64,000 nt of DNA, taken from Lingula anatina (taxonomy: Eukaryota; Animalia; Brachiopoda). This document shows, piece after piece, positions 22,082-35,600 of this stretch (the first letter of the stretch is position 1; the number at the start of each line of letters is the position of its first letter). The stretch covers positions 34,615,967-34,679,966 of the forward strand of contig CM120640.1 in NCBI GenBank assembly GCA_051362555.1, written 5' to 3'. The translations under genes were made by a program, and so were the position numbers. The notes under the pieces are model-generated. The model saw only the letters and a program-made list of their open reading frames with translations. It had not been told where the DNA came from and did not search any database.

Positions 22082-25000
22082 TCACTTTTCTTCCAGTTCT
22101 ATAAGCCGTAGAATCAGCGGAGTATATACCATTTGCCTAATACAAGATATGTCATCAAAATGACAGCCATGTAACCAGTTTCTGATATCAGAGTAGGTTT
22201 TCCCAAACTGCTCATGACCAAGTTGTCGTTCTAAAAAAGAACTGATCATCTCCATAGTTGCATAAGTTGAATGTAAGTTTGACTTGTAACTAGTGAGCAA
22301 CAATTGATTCACTTTAACTTGAACATCGTCATCCTTGCTGGCATCACTGAATTTTGACACTTTTGATTTCCCTTTTTCATTTAAAACATCATTTCCTGTA
22401 AACACATCATCATCATCATCATCAACTGGTAATTGTGACAATCCGGGATGCTTATTTTTCTGAACCTGAGTCTGATCTTTGTTTCTGTTTGTACACAGCA
22501 GCTTCTTGACACTGTATGTTAAACTTGAAAGCCTTCTCATTCTCTCTTGGGATAAGTTTGTTATGTCTTGTAGTTGTCTTGATTTGTGACTTAATTTGAA
22601 TACTGGCGGGTCATTCTCTAACACTGCAATGGGGTCTCCAAATAGTTGGTGTTCTTTCTCTTTTTGCTTTAAAATAGTCTGGACCAAAGTTGTTTGGGAA
22701 TCTGGAGGCATAGAGAGCTGGAATATGTAAAATTATATAAATGACTCTGTACTCTCTAAACAAAATGCACAATGTGAGATGAAAAATGTTGGCAAAATGC
22801 AGGTAGACTTGAATAAATTAATGAAACTGACGAAAATTAGATTATAATGCCATATGGTGTGATACATTAAAAGTAGTAGTTAGACTTAGTAATTAATAAT
22901 GAAAATGGTGATGAACTGTAACTTCAAGGACATGTATTATTTAAACATAATTGTGCAAAGAGAATTGGACAGGGATAGCGTGCGAGTCAGGTACTTCAAT
23001 TCTGTACAGCAATTGCAAATAGGTGAAACAACTATTTGAGCAATGACGTTGAGGTCCAAACCAGATAACCATATTGTGAGTGGATGTGTGTGAAAAAAAC
23101 AACCACTTGCAATACATTACCTTGTTCCTTTTTCTTACTGTTGCCCTATCAATACTCATTGTACGCTTGCAGGATACCACTGGTCTATGTTGCCTGGGTG
23201 TGCGGAATGAAAAAGTTCTTGTTCGGCCAGCAATTTCCTGGTAAAAAAGGCAATTGGGACACTTGATAACAGGACTCTGTAAGCATCTTTCATTTGTATG
23301 CATGGTACATCTAAAACAAATCCAACGACTTTATTTTGCTTCAAATTTTGTAATTTTGTAAGAATACAACATTGGGTTGACATAAAAATGAATTTTTTAC
23401 TGATATCTAGGAATAATCTACATTAACTAAGGCAATTAGATTTTCTTTTTTATGTTAAAATATGAAGTTGGTGGGCTTCAGTGTCATTTGCTTTAAAACT
23501 CTACTAGTTGGATAAAACCTTTGTTGACTTTCCACAAATTAGCTTTGCCAACTTAGACTTTACCATTTGACAACTTACCTGCGCATGTGTGTCATCTCTG
23601 TGCATTTTTGGTGGTGTTCGTTCATTGAGGTTTTGTATTGGGACATGGGATGAATCACTGGACAACTGACCCTTTTTGGCTGATGGGCGTCTTGCTTCTT
23701 TCGAAGAGTCCTTAACCCAACTTGGTATATCTGGAGTCTTAAAAGCAGTCTTCTCTTTTGCAGACTCTGGGGTGCAAGATGGGGCCTTCTTTTTCACACG
23801 TCTTGATACGTCTGGAGTACCAAGGGAAGCCCTTTTGGGTGATTCCGGTAGGAAAGATGAAAATTTCTTTGTCACTCTCTGAGGGATTTCCGGAGTATTA
23901 GAGGCATCAGTAGTGTGCAAGCTTGTTTCCCTCTGCCCAGGTTGTGGCTGTGGGGTATCTGTAATGCTACCACTGAGTTTTTTCTCATACACTTCCCTCT
24001 GTCTCAACACACAGTTCTCCACATAGGACTTGATGGCAGGAATACACAGAATCTGTTGTGCGGAAGGGCGGCTCTCTGGCTCAAGGCGAAGTAACACAGC
24101 AACAAGGTCATCCAACAGTGGGCCAAACTTTCTGTGCAATAAACATTTTATTTTTAATTAAAAAGTGAGATTTATGGAAAATACTTTAAAAATGTAAAAT
24201 TATATTTCAAGAACCATCTCTGTCCCTCTGGAATTCAGGGTTTAATAATGATGAGCTAAATATAAAATGAATCCATTAAAATAAAATGAAACAAAGACAT
24301 GTAGTTTGTGCTGAAATTTCAGACATTAACTACTAGGTACTCTTTATTATAAAGGCAACTAACTTTTCAAAACTTTTAAATCCCCATTTCCAAGCCTTAC
24401 TAACATAAATTTTTCAGGAAAAATTTTTGTGTCAAATGTATTAAGTGATTACTGTCACAGCAATCATTTTTCATATTTATTTAGTCAAATTGAAGCTGAA
24501 CTGATCAAGGGATTACATAAATGCGATGATGACTTCATTCCATTAACATATGCTCTTGAGCTTGAAAGATGAAAACAAACAGCTTATAATTCAATTTCTA
24601 AAAAATAAAGGTTTAATTGCAAAAATTTCATTAAGGCACTTATGCAGGTACAGGGATTACTTCTTGAAAAAAAGAAAAAAGAAAAAACAACAAATTGTTC
24701 CGACACTTACCTTGGAATGGGCTTGTATTTTCCTTGCATTATTTTCACCACAAGTGATGTGAAATTAGATCCATCAAAGGCATGGGTCAGACATATCAGC
24801 TCATACAAAATACAGCCAAGGGACCACATGTCAGTCTTATAATTGTAAGTACAATGTGTTAAGGCCAATACTGATTTATTGTGATATCTAAGGGCTCATT
24901 CCCATTGAAAGTATTGATCTCCATAGATCGATCCAACTCAGCAGGAACTCTCGCTGAAAGCAATCAGTTTAACAGATTAACACGCCTCGATCCTCTTGTA

Positions 25001-26899
25001 TAATCACCAGCTTTTCTGTATTTTACTCAAGGCCAGGAAGCAGCGTGTTAATCTGATAAACTGATTGCATTAAGTGTGGGTCCATGCAGGGATGGATTGA
25101 TCTATGTAGACCAATAGTTTCAATGGACATGAGCCCAAATTTAACTTAAATTTACTATAAATTATTTATTTATGACTAATGTCACAACATTGACAATTTT
25201 AAAATATAAAAAAGGATATGGCTTCTGCTGACAAATCTCAGGACTGAGATAGTATGGAGTTCCTATGGCAGTGTCAGCATGGTCCTGGCTGCCTTCAAGC
25301 ATCTTTGCAATTCCAAAGTCTCCTACTTTTATCACATTCTCTGAGGTCAGGAAGACATTCTGGGTTTTCAGATCTGTACAAAGAATCAACACAAGTAGAC
25401 AAAAATGAGTTAAGACCACATGAGCATTCAAATGGATCAGCAGAAATCAAAATTGCCTTATATACAAAATAAGAAATTTTAAAAATGCCTAACTTGCATA
25501 AAAATCCAAGTAGGAAAGTTTAAAATATTTTGCTTGAATGTAATTTATACATCACCAACCAAAATAGAAATAGAAATATTTTTAAGGGAAATATTTCATT
25601 TATAGCATTAGGATAATGAAGTAAAATAATAACATAAACAGCATGTGAAGTATATACTACCTAATAACTACTTAATAATTTTAAAGTCAGATAGATTTGC
25701 ATAAAATTTAGCAGTTGAAATTCTGTACCTCTGTGAAGAAATTTCTGCCCATGGATGTATTTCAAAGCAAAGCAAATCTGGACAAACCAATCAAGGATCA
25801 CCTGGAAAATGTAATTAAAAGAGGAATTTAACTGGATTACACATGTAACATAATCAGTTATACCGGGGATGTTGAAAAGTTAAAAGCAAGTATTTTTGAG
25901 CCATCAACATTTTATTGTTGTACATACCTAATTTAGAAATTTACTTAAACAGTTAATTACCTCTGTTGAAAAGTGCTGGCCATTTTGCTGCTGAATCTTC
26001 TGACTAAGATCACCTACGATAATGAAAAATGAACCCATGCAAAATAAATAATCATAAAACAATTGTATTTGAATTGATAATAGCTGTTCATTTTGTCCAA
26101 AAATGGATTTTCCTGGAGTAAACTAAAATTTTCCCATAGTTACCAATGGTTAATGAATCTGTTCCAACCTTCAAAGTTCGTCCCTGTTTTTTTTTTTTTT
26201 TCCAAAAAGTTTGGATTTTGAAGGGTAGTCATTTATAGCGATCACATGGTCCGATGGCAAGCACAGATTCTAGAATAAATGGGATAACCACAGTTTTGAT
26301 GGCAAAATACATGTAGAATTTATCGTATTTCTATGGGTACTGTTGTTTACAATGCATTTATTGTGAAATATGGATCACATATAAAGATACATACTTGTTG
26401 TGGACAAATTGGACGTCTGGCTAAATGAATGGACTTAGGAAATATCTACCTCAATGAATTTTCTTCAGCTAAATTATCAGTTATCGTACTGGTATTATAC
26501 AGAGAAGGATTGCAGGGATTTCCACTTACGGGATTCAGGTAACCTAGGATTCGGTCAAATACTGAATGAAATACCTCAACAGTAATTGTACTCTCAGCTT
26601 ATGTACATGTGCTCAGTTTTACATGTAAAAAAATTACCTCCATCTGCGAACTCCATGACAAGGTTCAACATCATGTTGCTTGTGACAAAGGCATCTTTGT
26701 AACGAATGATGTTCCAATGCTTGCACCGGGAAAGGACAGCCACCTCCGTCAAACTTTGCTCTCTTTGCTTCTTAGACAGGCCTCGGACCAGGATTTCTTT
26801 CAGTACGTATTTTCTTTTGTTAATTTTCGAAACCACAAGCCATGCACGGCCAAAAGTTCCAGATCCGATCACACTTTCCTTCTCATAATTCTCCGCCAT
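22082..26899 (-). CDS. NIMA-related Ser/Thr kinase (NEK1/3/4/5-like), 8 exons, about 661 aa
   Basis: Exons 26899-26638, 26013-25961, 25801-25729, 25373-25220, 24848-24711, 24131-23579, 23237-23121 and 22717-22082 join in frame. Motifs GSGTFG, YVLKEI, MEFADGGDL, HRDLKTQNVFL, KVGDFGIAK, GTPYYLSPEIC, KPYNYKTDMWSLGC; NEK1/4-like C-terminal FLERQLG block. Exact orthologue not resolvable. Confidence 0.92.
24849..25219 (-). other. U12-type (minor spliceosome) AT-AC intron in the NEK kinase domain
   Basis: 5' site CC|ATATCCTTT, branch site CCTTAAC at 24864-24858, 3' end TAC|. Removal restores AAG CC|T TAC AAT = K-P-Y-N. Confidence 0.93.
24892..25136. mobile_element. MITE-like palindromic element (possibly PIF/Harbinger-type), 245 bp
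   Basis: Ungapped ~94-bp inverted arms starting GGGCTCAT and ending ATGAGCCC, 17 mismatches by hand count. Left flank TAA, right flank AAA (imperfect TSD). Confidence 0.7.
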
Positions 26900-28260
26900 T
26901 TTCACTCGGCTAGTCACGTGATTAATCAACCTCGGTGTAAAAGAAAATCTCGTCTGTGTCTTCAGATTCATGTCAGAGCCGAAGTAGAAAGATGCAGATG
27001 AGGTATCGAAAGTGAGTAGCACATTTCCTTTTCTTTTTTTCAATCTTTGCATTTTTCAAACGATATTGTTTAAAGGGAAATTGAATTATATTTCCTCAGT
27101 CAAATGATATTCTTCTTATTGAAGTATAGCACAAAATATATGAAATATCTGCAGATATTTTCTTTTGGTTTAAAAAACAGTGTGTTGACAAATTACTTAT
27201 CACAAACGAAAAAATGAATGAATATCAGTATAAACTGGTATATCATAAAATTTGATGTAGTAAAGATTCGTTAATCCACATAAACAAAACTGCTTTCATT
27301 TTCAACAAATACGAGTAGCCTATGCTGAATATTAGAATGCCAAAGAAAAAAGCAATTTCTTAAAAAAAGGCAGGAGTCATAATGTGAACTATTGTTTTCA
27401 AAGGATTTTCAAAAGTATTACATCTAAGATATACAATGTATCAAGAAGTCATATAAAGCTGGAACGTCGCAGGGCCCGTGCGGCGTAGGTGCAACGGACG
27501 ACAGAGTGGCTGAGGGTTATTAGTCCCTGAGTATTGCTGCTCTGAAAGATTCAAAAGACAGTAGCCAAACTATTGAGTCCTCAAGGTGGTTACAGTCCAG
27601 TCCAGTCCAGCTTTTGGTAGGAAATTAATGAGTGTAAAAGATGGAAACATTCGCTGTTATTTGTTACGTATTTTTCAACCAGGTTATGAGAGGAAAACTC
27701 CTTGGCTTTAACTGCGTTTGCTGCTGCGGATTTTGGTCAGGTATTCCTGGTGACACAGAGATGACATAATCATTTTACAAAAGAATATTAGCCTGTTAGC
27801 TTTATGCCTGTTACACTATGGAGTTAAGCCTAAGTTCTCTAGCATTATTAAGACACACCCTGGTTTTCTGACAGCATAATCACCCGTTATGAAGCGAGCT
27901 GCCTGACTTGGAACTTTACAATTTTATCGATATCTTTTTTGGTGAAAGGGATCCCACTATGGAACTGTACTCAAGTTTAGATCGGATCAGGGATTGAAAG
28001 GCTTCTTTCCTGCAAGATGGGGGTGGGGGTGTGGGGGGTGGGTGGGAGTGTTTTGTTTTCCTTTCATTGAAACCCAGTGAGCAGCTGGCTTTCGTATTTC
28101 TGATGTGGAGCCCCCATTTCAGATCATCAGAATCTTTATGTCATCACCTTCTCATATCAAGAAAAACTAATAGATATTTTGTCATAAAAAAGGCTTGAGA
28201 GCCGGGAGTGCTAGGTTGGCTTAGCGCTCCCATTTTTTTGCAGTCACAAGCGCAGAAACA

Positions 28261-28321
28261 GGTGGAGGGGTGGTGGTGGTGGTGGTGGTGGTGGTGGGGG
28301 GGGGGGGGGGGGGGGGTAGGG
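28261..28321. repeat. (GGT)n plus poly-G tract
   Basis: Seen directly; a second G-run cluster lies at about 28019-28047. Confidence 0.9.
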
Positions 28322-31300
28322 TAACACTGCCCCCGCCCTCTTTCGCTTCTTTTGTGATTTTTTTAAAATAGTTAGGCCCTAAGGTAAAATTGCTTTTCGC
28401 CCCTGTCCATTGCTATAGCAGTTTACCAAACGACAGTAGCTAACAAGGTTTTTTTTTGCTGATTGCAAGCTCAGCTGAGGGTTACCATAAAAACACTTCA
28501 CTGCGTCTAAAAGTGTTTCATCAAATGCGATAGAAATTTCGAGGTATTTTAAATGTCAAAATACATGAATCATTATCTGATGTTTTGTTACAGTTATAGG
28601 CATGTAAATGCTTGATTGATTATATATCATTTACTATAACTGAAACATGTCGAAGTGGTGTTTACGGCTCAAAGCGTCGTCACACCTACTGCAATGATAG
28701 TGCAATTTGGCCCAGTCGCAGAGGATTGATTGTGTTTGAGGAGAATTTGAAAAGTGCTGCTGTATTTGCTTTTTAAGTGTCGGGTGGCCCTCGTTTACAA
28801 TATTACCAATTTCTTAATCTGTACTTACAGACTACCAGTTAGATATTTTCATTTATGTTTGACTCATTTATTGTATGTACTAGTTGAAAGTTTTTTCTGA
28901 GTATGAAGAGGTTAATTTAACTGAAAAAAATTCTTTATTCTGCAGACGCAAGTAGATTTAGACATACGGTTTTTAAATGTGTGTCCAAATAAAAGCGGAT
29001 TATATCTTACGTCGTTAAATTTGTTTTTCGATAATGAAAGAAAATATTCCTTATCCAGGCATATAATCCAAATTTGTTCATCGTTTCCATAAAAGAAAAA
29101 CATAGGCTTGACGATTTATGTATCTTCTGTATAAACAGCTGGCTTTATCGGAGAAAGTTTTTTCTTGTCTCGTGAAAAGTTAGCACAAGCAAAATTATAG
29201 TAAAGCGTATTTGATTTGTCATTAATTAGATGGCATGTTTGAGAATATTTTCAATGTCTCGAGTTAATTTTGCAAATAAGATTTGAAGTAGACGGGAAAA
29301 AGCAATTTGACAAGAAGCACACACTTTTATCTTCAGATATTTTAATGCTGTGTGTAAATACTGCGGATTTAATCAAAATTACTGCAACAAGTGATGTAGA
29401 ATCATGATATGATGTTGCAGATTAAGTAAATATTTGTCCATGCATTCTTTTTTTTAGGGCTATTTACAAAGCTTGATGATAGAGCATCAAAAATCTTGAT
29501 TCAGGTTAGTAACAACCGATGTTACCACGCGATAGATTCGAAGCAGACATAACAAAACCACACACCTTTTGTACGTTATAAAATGTTCATAGCGTTTCAT
29601 CGACCATTTTCACACCAGTGGCATAAAATTTGAAGCTTCCAAGGATACATTTTAATAATACGTCCAGTTCACCTTCAGGTCTTCCGAAAAGAAGGGAATT
29701 CAGCACGCGGGAAAAAAATGGATGCATTCCAAGAAGGGTGTATCTATACAATAAACATATATGATTAAAGTCCAATTGTCATTGTAAATTACAAAAATAT
29801 ACTCAACATTAAAACGTTAAATATCCCGATTAGATTGGATGTAAAAAGCCACGTAGAAAGTATTTTTGATAACAAAAATATGAAGAGAATGTATATTTTA
29901 TTAGTGTATACCACCTCCACACTCCACACTTCCAAACATGCACGTTTACGCGCGCGCGCACATACACAATCACCAAATACGGACAGTGCAATGATTTGGT
30001 ATTAGTCTATATGGAAGAAAAGTAAATATATATTTAAAGATAACAGATAAATTCAAGCCTAGCATGCTAGTTCCTTCCCAACCCTCTCAACGCTAAATTT
30101 TGCTTTAAGCCAAGATTCTATTCTAGAGATTCCACTTTAGAATTGACATGATGCATTTCTTGGTACACTCTTTTCAACATTTTGTTATTGTAAAACAACA
30201 CGCAAAAGTTTGTGACGTACAATAATAAGAATTTTTTGTGTGATTCTGACACCCAGGTGGCATGCTGAAAACATGAAGAAGAAAAACATGTTTTGCAGAA
30301 TTATGAAAAACATTTGATGATATTTTTTCTTAAACGATTTGAAGTTGGACATTGGTCACTTGAATTTCTGTCCCGTCAATTAATTTGTTCTTTAAGATTA
30401 TTTAAAGCGATAGAAACGGTCATAGATATGGCTCAGAATATTCTACATTTTTTATAAGCCTTTGGACAAAGTAATGCAGTTTCGCGCGTTTCCTTGCCTT
30501 GTTTCTTCGTTATTGTATACATGCATTAACAAATGTGCATTTGACAGAATCCGAACTACAACGCATATAAGGTAACTGAAAATGCCCATGGCTACATTTT
30601 TCAATCCAAAAATGAGTGGTCACACGCACGCACTCAAGAGTACTCTCACGCACTTTTTCTAGGATTTTGCAAACTAGGAGCAAGATTAACATGGGCGCTT
30701 ATGCTAGCTTGGATGCACCTATGATCCACTAAAAAAAAACGTGTCTACTGTGTCCTAGGCTTTACCATGATATGCTCAAAAAAATCTGTATTACTGTTAT
30801 GTAGGCCAACACGATTGTTAAATATTAATTTCGAACTTAATTAAGGATTTTTAAAAATTCGCAGATATTTCTTTACTTCCCCAGTTTTTGAAAACATCCG
30901 ATATGGCTGTTTTGAAAATACACCACATGCTTTCATATACAATCGAATATCTTATGGACAGGGTTCTTGCTTAATATTCCAAGTAGCTTAAAATATCGGA
31001 AATACCCTTTTAACTGGACTGATATCTCGAAGATATAAAGTACAGCAGTCTACATTTAACTAATGTAACATAAATTAAACGATGCTTCCACAAAAATACC
31101 ACATTAGCAATGTATGGCCACCGCCAATCAGCTGACCGTCCATATCTGACCACCTCTCTGTCTGCTTGACCGATCAAATAAAACTTAAGATTAGTGGACG
31201 GACCAGACTAAGCATTCAACACGAGCACGTGTGCTTGGTTAGGTAAAACGGTTGCACCAGAGGAACGATAGACTAAGCACTCCGCCCTTTAAACCGTTCA

Positions 31301-32621
31301 AGGTAGGAGGAAATTAAAAAAGAACAGACCCTGAAAAGTCGGCCATCTTGAGACGTAGGTCGGCTCGATAAGCGTGTTAGAAAAACGAGTCTTGAACATG
31401 CAAGCCGCAGTGTGATGAAAGCTGTATTAAAAGTCTTTTTGTCGCCCGACGGATGACTTGACAAATGGTGTCAGATGTATTTTAGTGGAAGAAAAGATGG
31501 AGAGTTAAGAATATAATACATGTACCTTCAAAAACGGTGATCCATTTAAAAATTAAATGTTTACGTCTGTTAGTTAGGCTTTTTAACAACAACAAAAAAA
31601 ATGAATAAAATATTCTGAGCACTTCTTTTGCAAAATATTTTTATGAAATTTTAAAACATATTTCGATTTCAATTTACCGTAGACTTTGTTGTGTTTATCT
31701 ATTCCAAAACGTTGTGTTGGATAGACTCGATTACAAGTTTTCAAATAGTTTTTAAGATAGGCATAAGATAACGTTATAATTTCCCATTTATCTTTAAAAA
31801 TGTGCCACCCCTCCTTGGTCATTGCTCTTTAGCCTTCTAAATTTATGTATGTCAGGGTGTTCAGAGAAAAGCTTAGGTAGAGGAAGGCAGTACCTACATG
31901 TTCGAAATGCTTAGACAATATAATGATATTTGCACTGACAATGCAAACGCTGCCGAAGTAATGAACCACGATTTGAAGAGAAGAGGATGCCTTTATTTCT
32001 GTCATTCTTTAATATTTGTACTACATTAATACTGTATGTGGTGCGCTTGATCAGGGATATAAAATATTTTTTTAAATATTCAAGAAAAGCTCCAAAGAAA
32101 AAAAAAATCAATCATAATTTAGGTATAGATGTTCAATGCCAGGCGCAATAAAAATCCAAATATATTTGACTTAAAAAGGTGAAATAAGTAAATTTACCGT
32201 ACGTCAAACTTAAGTGCGGTTTGTAATTAATGAGCTTTGTACAAAAATGGTTCTTCTATATAAAACGCTCAAACAGGACAAATTGCAAAAAGTAAAATAT
32301 AAAAAAATGAAAAGGCAAGAGACGATAAAATATTTCAATCCGGAGATTCAAAATATGCTCACTAAAACGTACGCAATTGTATACAGTTTTGATTGAATGA
32401 AATACGTGAAGTTTACCTAAATTTTGAAATAGAAAAGATCGAAAACAAAATGAAAACCCGTTTTTAAGAAATGTTTTTCACCGACAGTGTGTCCTCTTCA
32501 CCTTTTTAGATTTTAGCATGTTAACAAAAACGTATTGATTATGCTGAATCATAAAGGTCATTACACCTGATATTTCAACCATATGATCTCAGGTGATAAA
32601 ATAATTTATATGATAAAAAAA

Positions 32622-32668
32622 CTGGCGGATCCAGGATTTGTTAAAGGGGGGAGGGGGTGGGGACACAA
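32622..32668 (+). repeat. Probable end of a degenerate non-autonomous DNA transposon
   Basis: ctggcggatccaggatttgttaaagggggg resembles the GGCGGATCCAGG...GGGGG termini common in invertebrate interspersed repeats; no matching second end found. Confidence 0.35.
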
Positions 32669-35600
32669 GAATGAATAAAAAAGGGTAATAAAAAAAGCCA
32701 CGCTCCGTTCAGCAATTATGAAAATAGAAGACAATGGCAATTCTGCCATAATATGTTGGGCACAGGGGTGGAAAGTGTTTGGCATTGTCTCGTTTTACTT
32801 GTTATACTATTTTTATGCTTTTTTTTTTTTTGGGGGGGGGGGAGTAGGGGCTACCTGCAAAGCTGGGAGACACAGTGGTTCACTGTAATAGCACATATTT
32901 TAAGAAATAGAATAAAGGTTTCACATTATAAATTACCCGGCCTTGTTTTCCCATGTTTTACGTGCATTTGACTTAAATACTTTTTAATCTTAACTATGCT
33001 GTATTTCAAATAACATATCTTTAAAGTATTTTTTTTCAATTTGAGGCTCTATCCATGCACATAAAACATTTTTCAATGTCATGAAGACTGAAAATGATTA
33101 AACGCTTTCATTCGTACTTTAACAGGCTCATGCAAAATGTTTACTCATTCGAATAACTCAGTTAGAATGTGGTCGTCGAGTGTTATTTCCAAGATACGTT
33201 ATTTTTGTAGACGCATAACTCAGTTCACTGCCAGTGCGATATTTTGAAAGTACATCTTTATCTAAGCCCCAACGCACTTTGTATGGGTATTGGTGCTCCA
33301 TTGGAAAAGGCATTTCTTTTAAAATGCTAGGTGTAATAACTAATACAACTGTAGAATTAAGTTAACGATTACTGAAGTAGATAAAAAAAATCAATATGCA
33401 ACTTTTTTTCTCTGTGCAACATGCTTATGAGAAATTCATAGCTCAGAATACGCCTTCCAAGGTATTTTCTTGCTTGCCTTGTTTTTCGAAAATCAAGTTT
33501 ACCTTTTACCCTCTGTTAAAAAAGACAATAAACTAGATTAACATTTAAGCGACTGTTGCGTGAGCAAAAGTCAGGGATGAAGTGAGAAAAAGAAGGCGGA
33601 TAAAATACTTAAAAGCTTTTAGCCGATATCTTAAAAATGCAAAAAAAAGTGCGTGATATTTATTTTTCGTACGTAAACATCCATAGTACATGTATCTCCT
33701 ATCATCAGGTAGAGCGTGCGACTATGAAAGCTTTTACAAGAACCCTTATGTCTACGTACATATTTTCAAAAATAGAAAAAAAGGTCTGTTCTAGGTATAA
33801 AATATAATGCGTAGAAAATCGAATTAGGGAGGTCTGTATATTTGCATAGGTAATTTTCAAAGTCACAAATATCACTTAGCAAAGTTAGTCATCTGCTAAC
33901 CGTTTTTTAGGTGATTATGAATTCTTTTCACTTGACAAATGATCAATTCAAATTTTAACCCCTAATTTTGATCTCGGGAATTACTCTGTCACAAATTCCC
34001 CAGGACAATTAAGTGTAATTTCTCTTCTATGAATGAACAAGTGGTAACAAGACTCTGGTAGACACTAACTTTGACTCAACCAGGCAACTATTTTTACTCC
34101 GAGGCGTGAAAGGTCAGAGATGCCGGATTCAAGGGCGTATTCTATCATGGATGGATAATTAATACTGAATTAAACAGGGGCTTGGGGAAAAAATCTTTGA
34201 CATGGTTGCAACGATTCTCTTAAGAAAACTTGAAGAAGCTTAAGGCTTAAACTTGACATGCAATTACTGTTCTTTTGATAAAACACTTCAGTAGCAATGC
34301 GAAAACATAATTGTGCGATGAGTTCATAAAATCTATAAATCCGCACTATTATATGAATTTGGAAATCAACATTTTGTTCCCCGAAAAAACATTTATTTGG
34401 TTTTGTTTTATTGTGGCGCGCCTATTGCCAGTTCAGAAAAGTGTTTGCAAAATAAATTATAGGTTTTAAAAGACGTTCATTCAAAGACATCATTTCAAAT
34501 GCACAATGCCAATATCATAACGGGGGATTTCTGAGCCGATGGGCATCAAGATATCGCCCAGCTCCTGTTATATATATTTTTTCAATTAATCAGAATTTCA
34601 TGGCCAAAAGGGTTGCAAATCATTTGCATTAAGAACAATAAGAAATAACGGTTGGACCCCCTACCCCTCTCCTTCCCTCCTCCATTATAATTTACCGACA
34701 CTAAAAAAAAAAAAGACTTTAACATTAACAAACTCGAACACCGTCACAAAGCCCTACAATGCAACCTTACGTCGCACATGTGATGACGCAGATACTGCTA
34801 ATTAAAAAGAGCTATCGCTTCGTTTGCAGCCAGGAGTAGTCAGCTGCATCTTTCATCCATAACCCAGAACGAAAACAAAATAATTAACTTTGGTGCTTTT
34901 TGTCAACTAATTAAGATGTCTACAGACGCCAAGGCATTAGGTTTCACGAGACTGTTGCGCCTTCGCGCGTCGGAATAGCTGGATAATTGTCCGCTGAAAA
35001 CGAACAAAATGCATTTAGAAAAGAAGCGAATGAGCCTTTAAAAGATGTTATTGTCTTCATTTTGTCTTCTAATAGCCAGTTAATGAATCATAATATATCA
35101 AACACAAGGCTCTTACAGACAACTCGCTCGCCTGGAAATAGCTGTCATTAGGAGTGAACGGTAGTGCAGAAGCAGCGGCTCCGAACAGCAGGTGTCTCGC
35201 ATGCTCATCACGACAAAACGATCTCAAACCTACGTTCTTTACTGATGTGATCCATTTCATCTTAAGAAATAATCGCCATCTGTGAGCATTAGTTAATGTT
35301 CGTTTACTAGGAAACACCAACTCCTAAGCAGGCGATGATGAGAAGAGAAGTAGTTTTGTCGATCAGTCTGTCTGTCCGTCAACTAGATGTGCGGAGAGAC
35401 GCAATTATTTTGTACCTTGTTAATCAGTCATCAAAACTTGCCTTTGAAACGCGTACAATATTTACCTGATATGTGGATTTTCAATTCAACCTATGATAAA
35501 CTGATGCGTTTACTCTATATTTTATGTTTTTTTTAATCATTTACAGACCAGATAAAGTATACGTGTGTAATGTTTTATTAAACAGTTTTAAAAATATCCT

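Noticed and set aside
23238-23310. Upstream alternative acceptor (ttttag|ATGTACC) for NEK exon 7
   Set aside because: Gives an in-frame stop in the required phase; the acceptor at 23237 keeps the frame.
26900-27052. N-terminal extension of the NEK ORF from the ATG at 27052
   Set aside because: The kinase domain begins right after MAENYEK in strong context (AAAATGGCGG); the extension is promoter-like (GTCACGTGA E-box) and not NEK-like.
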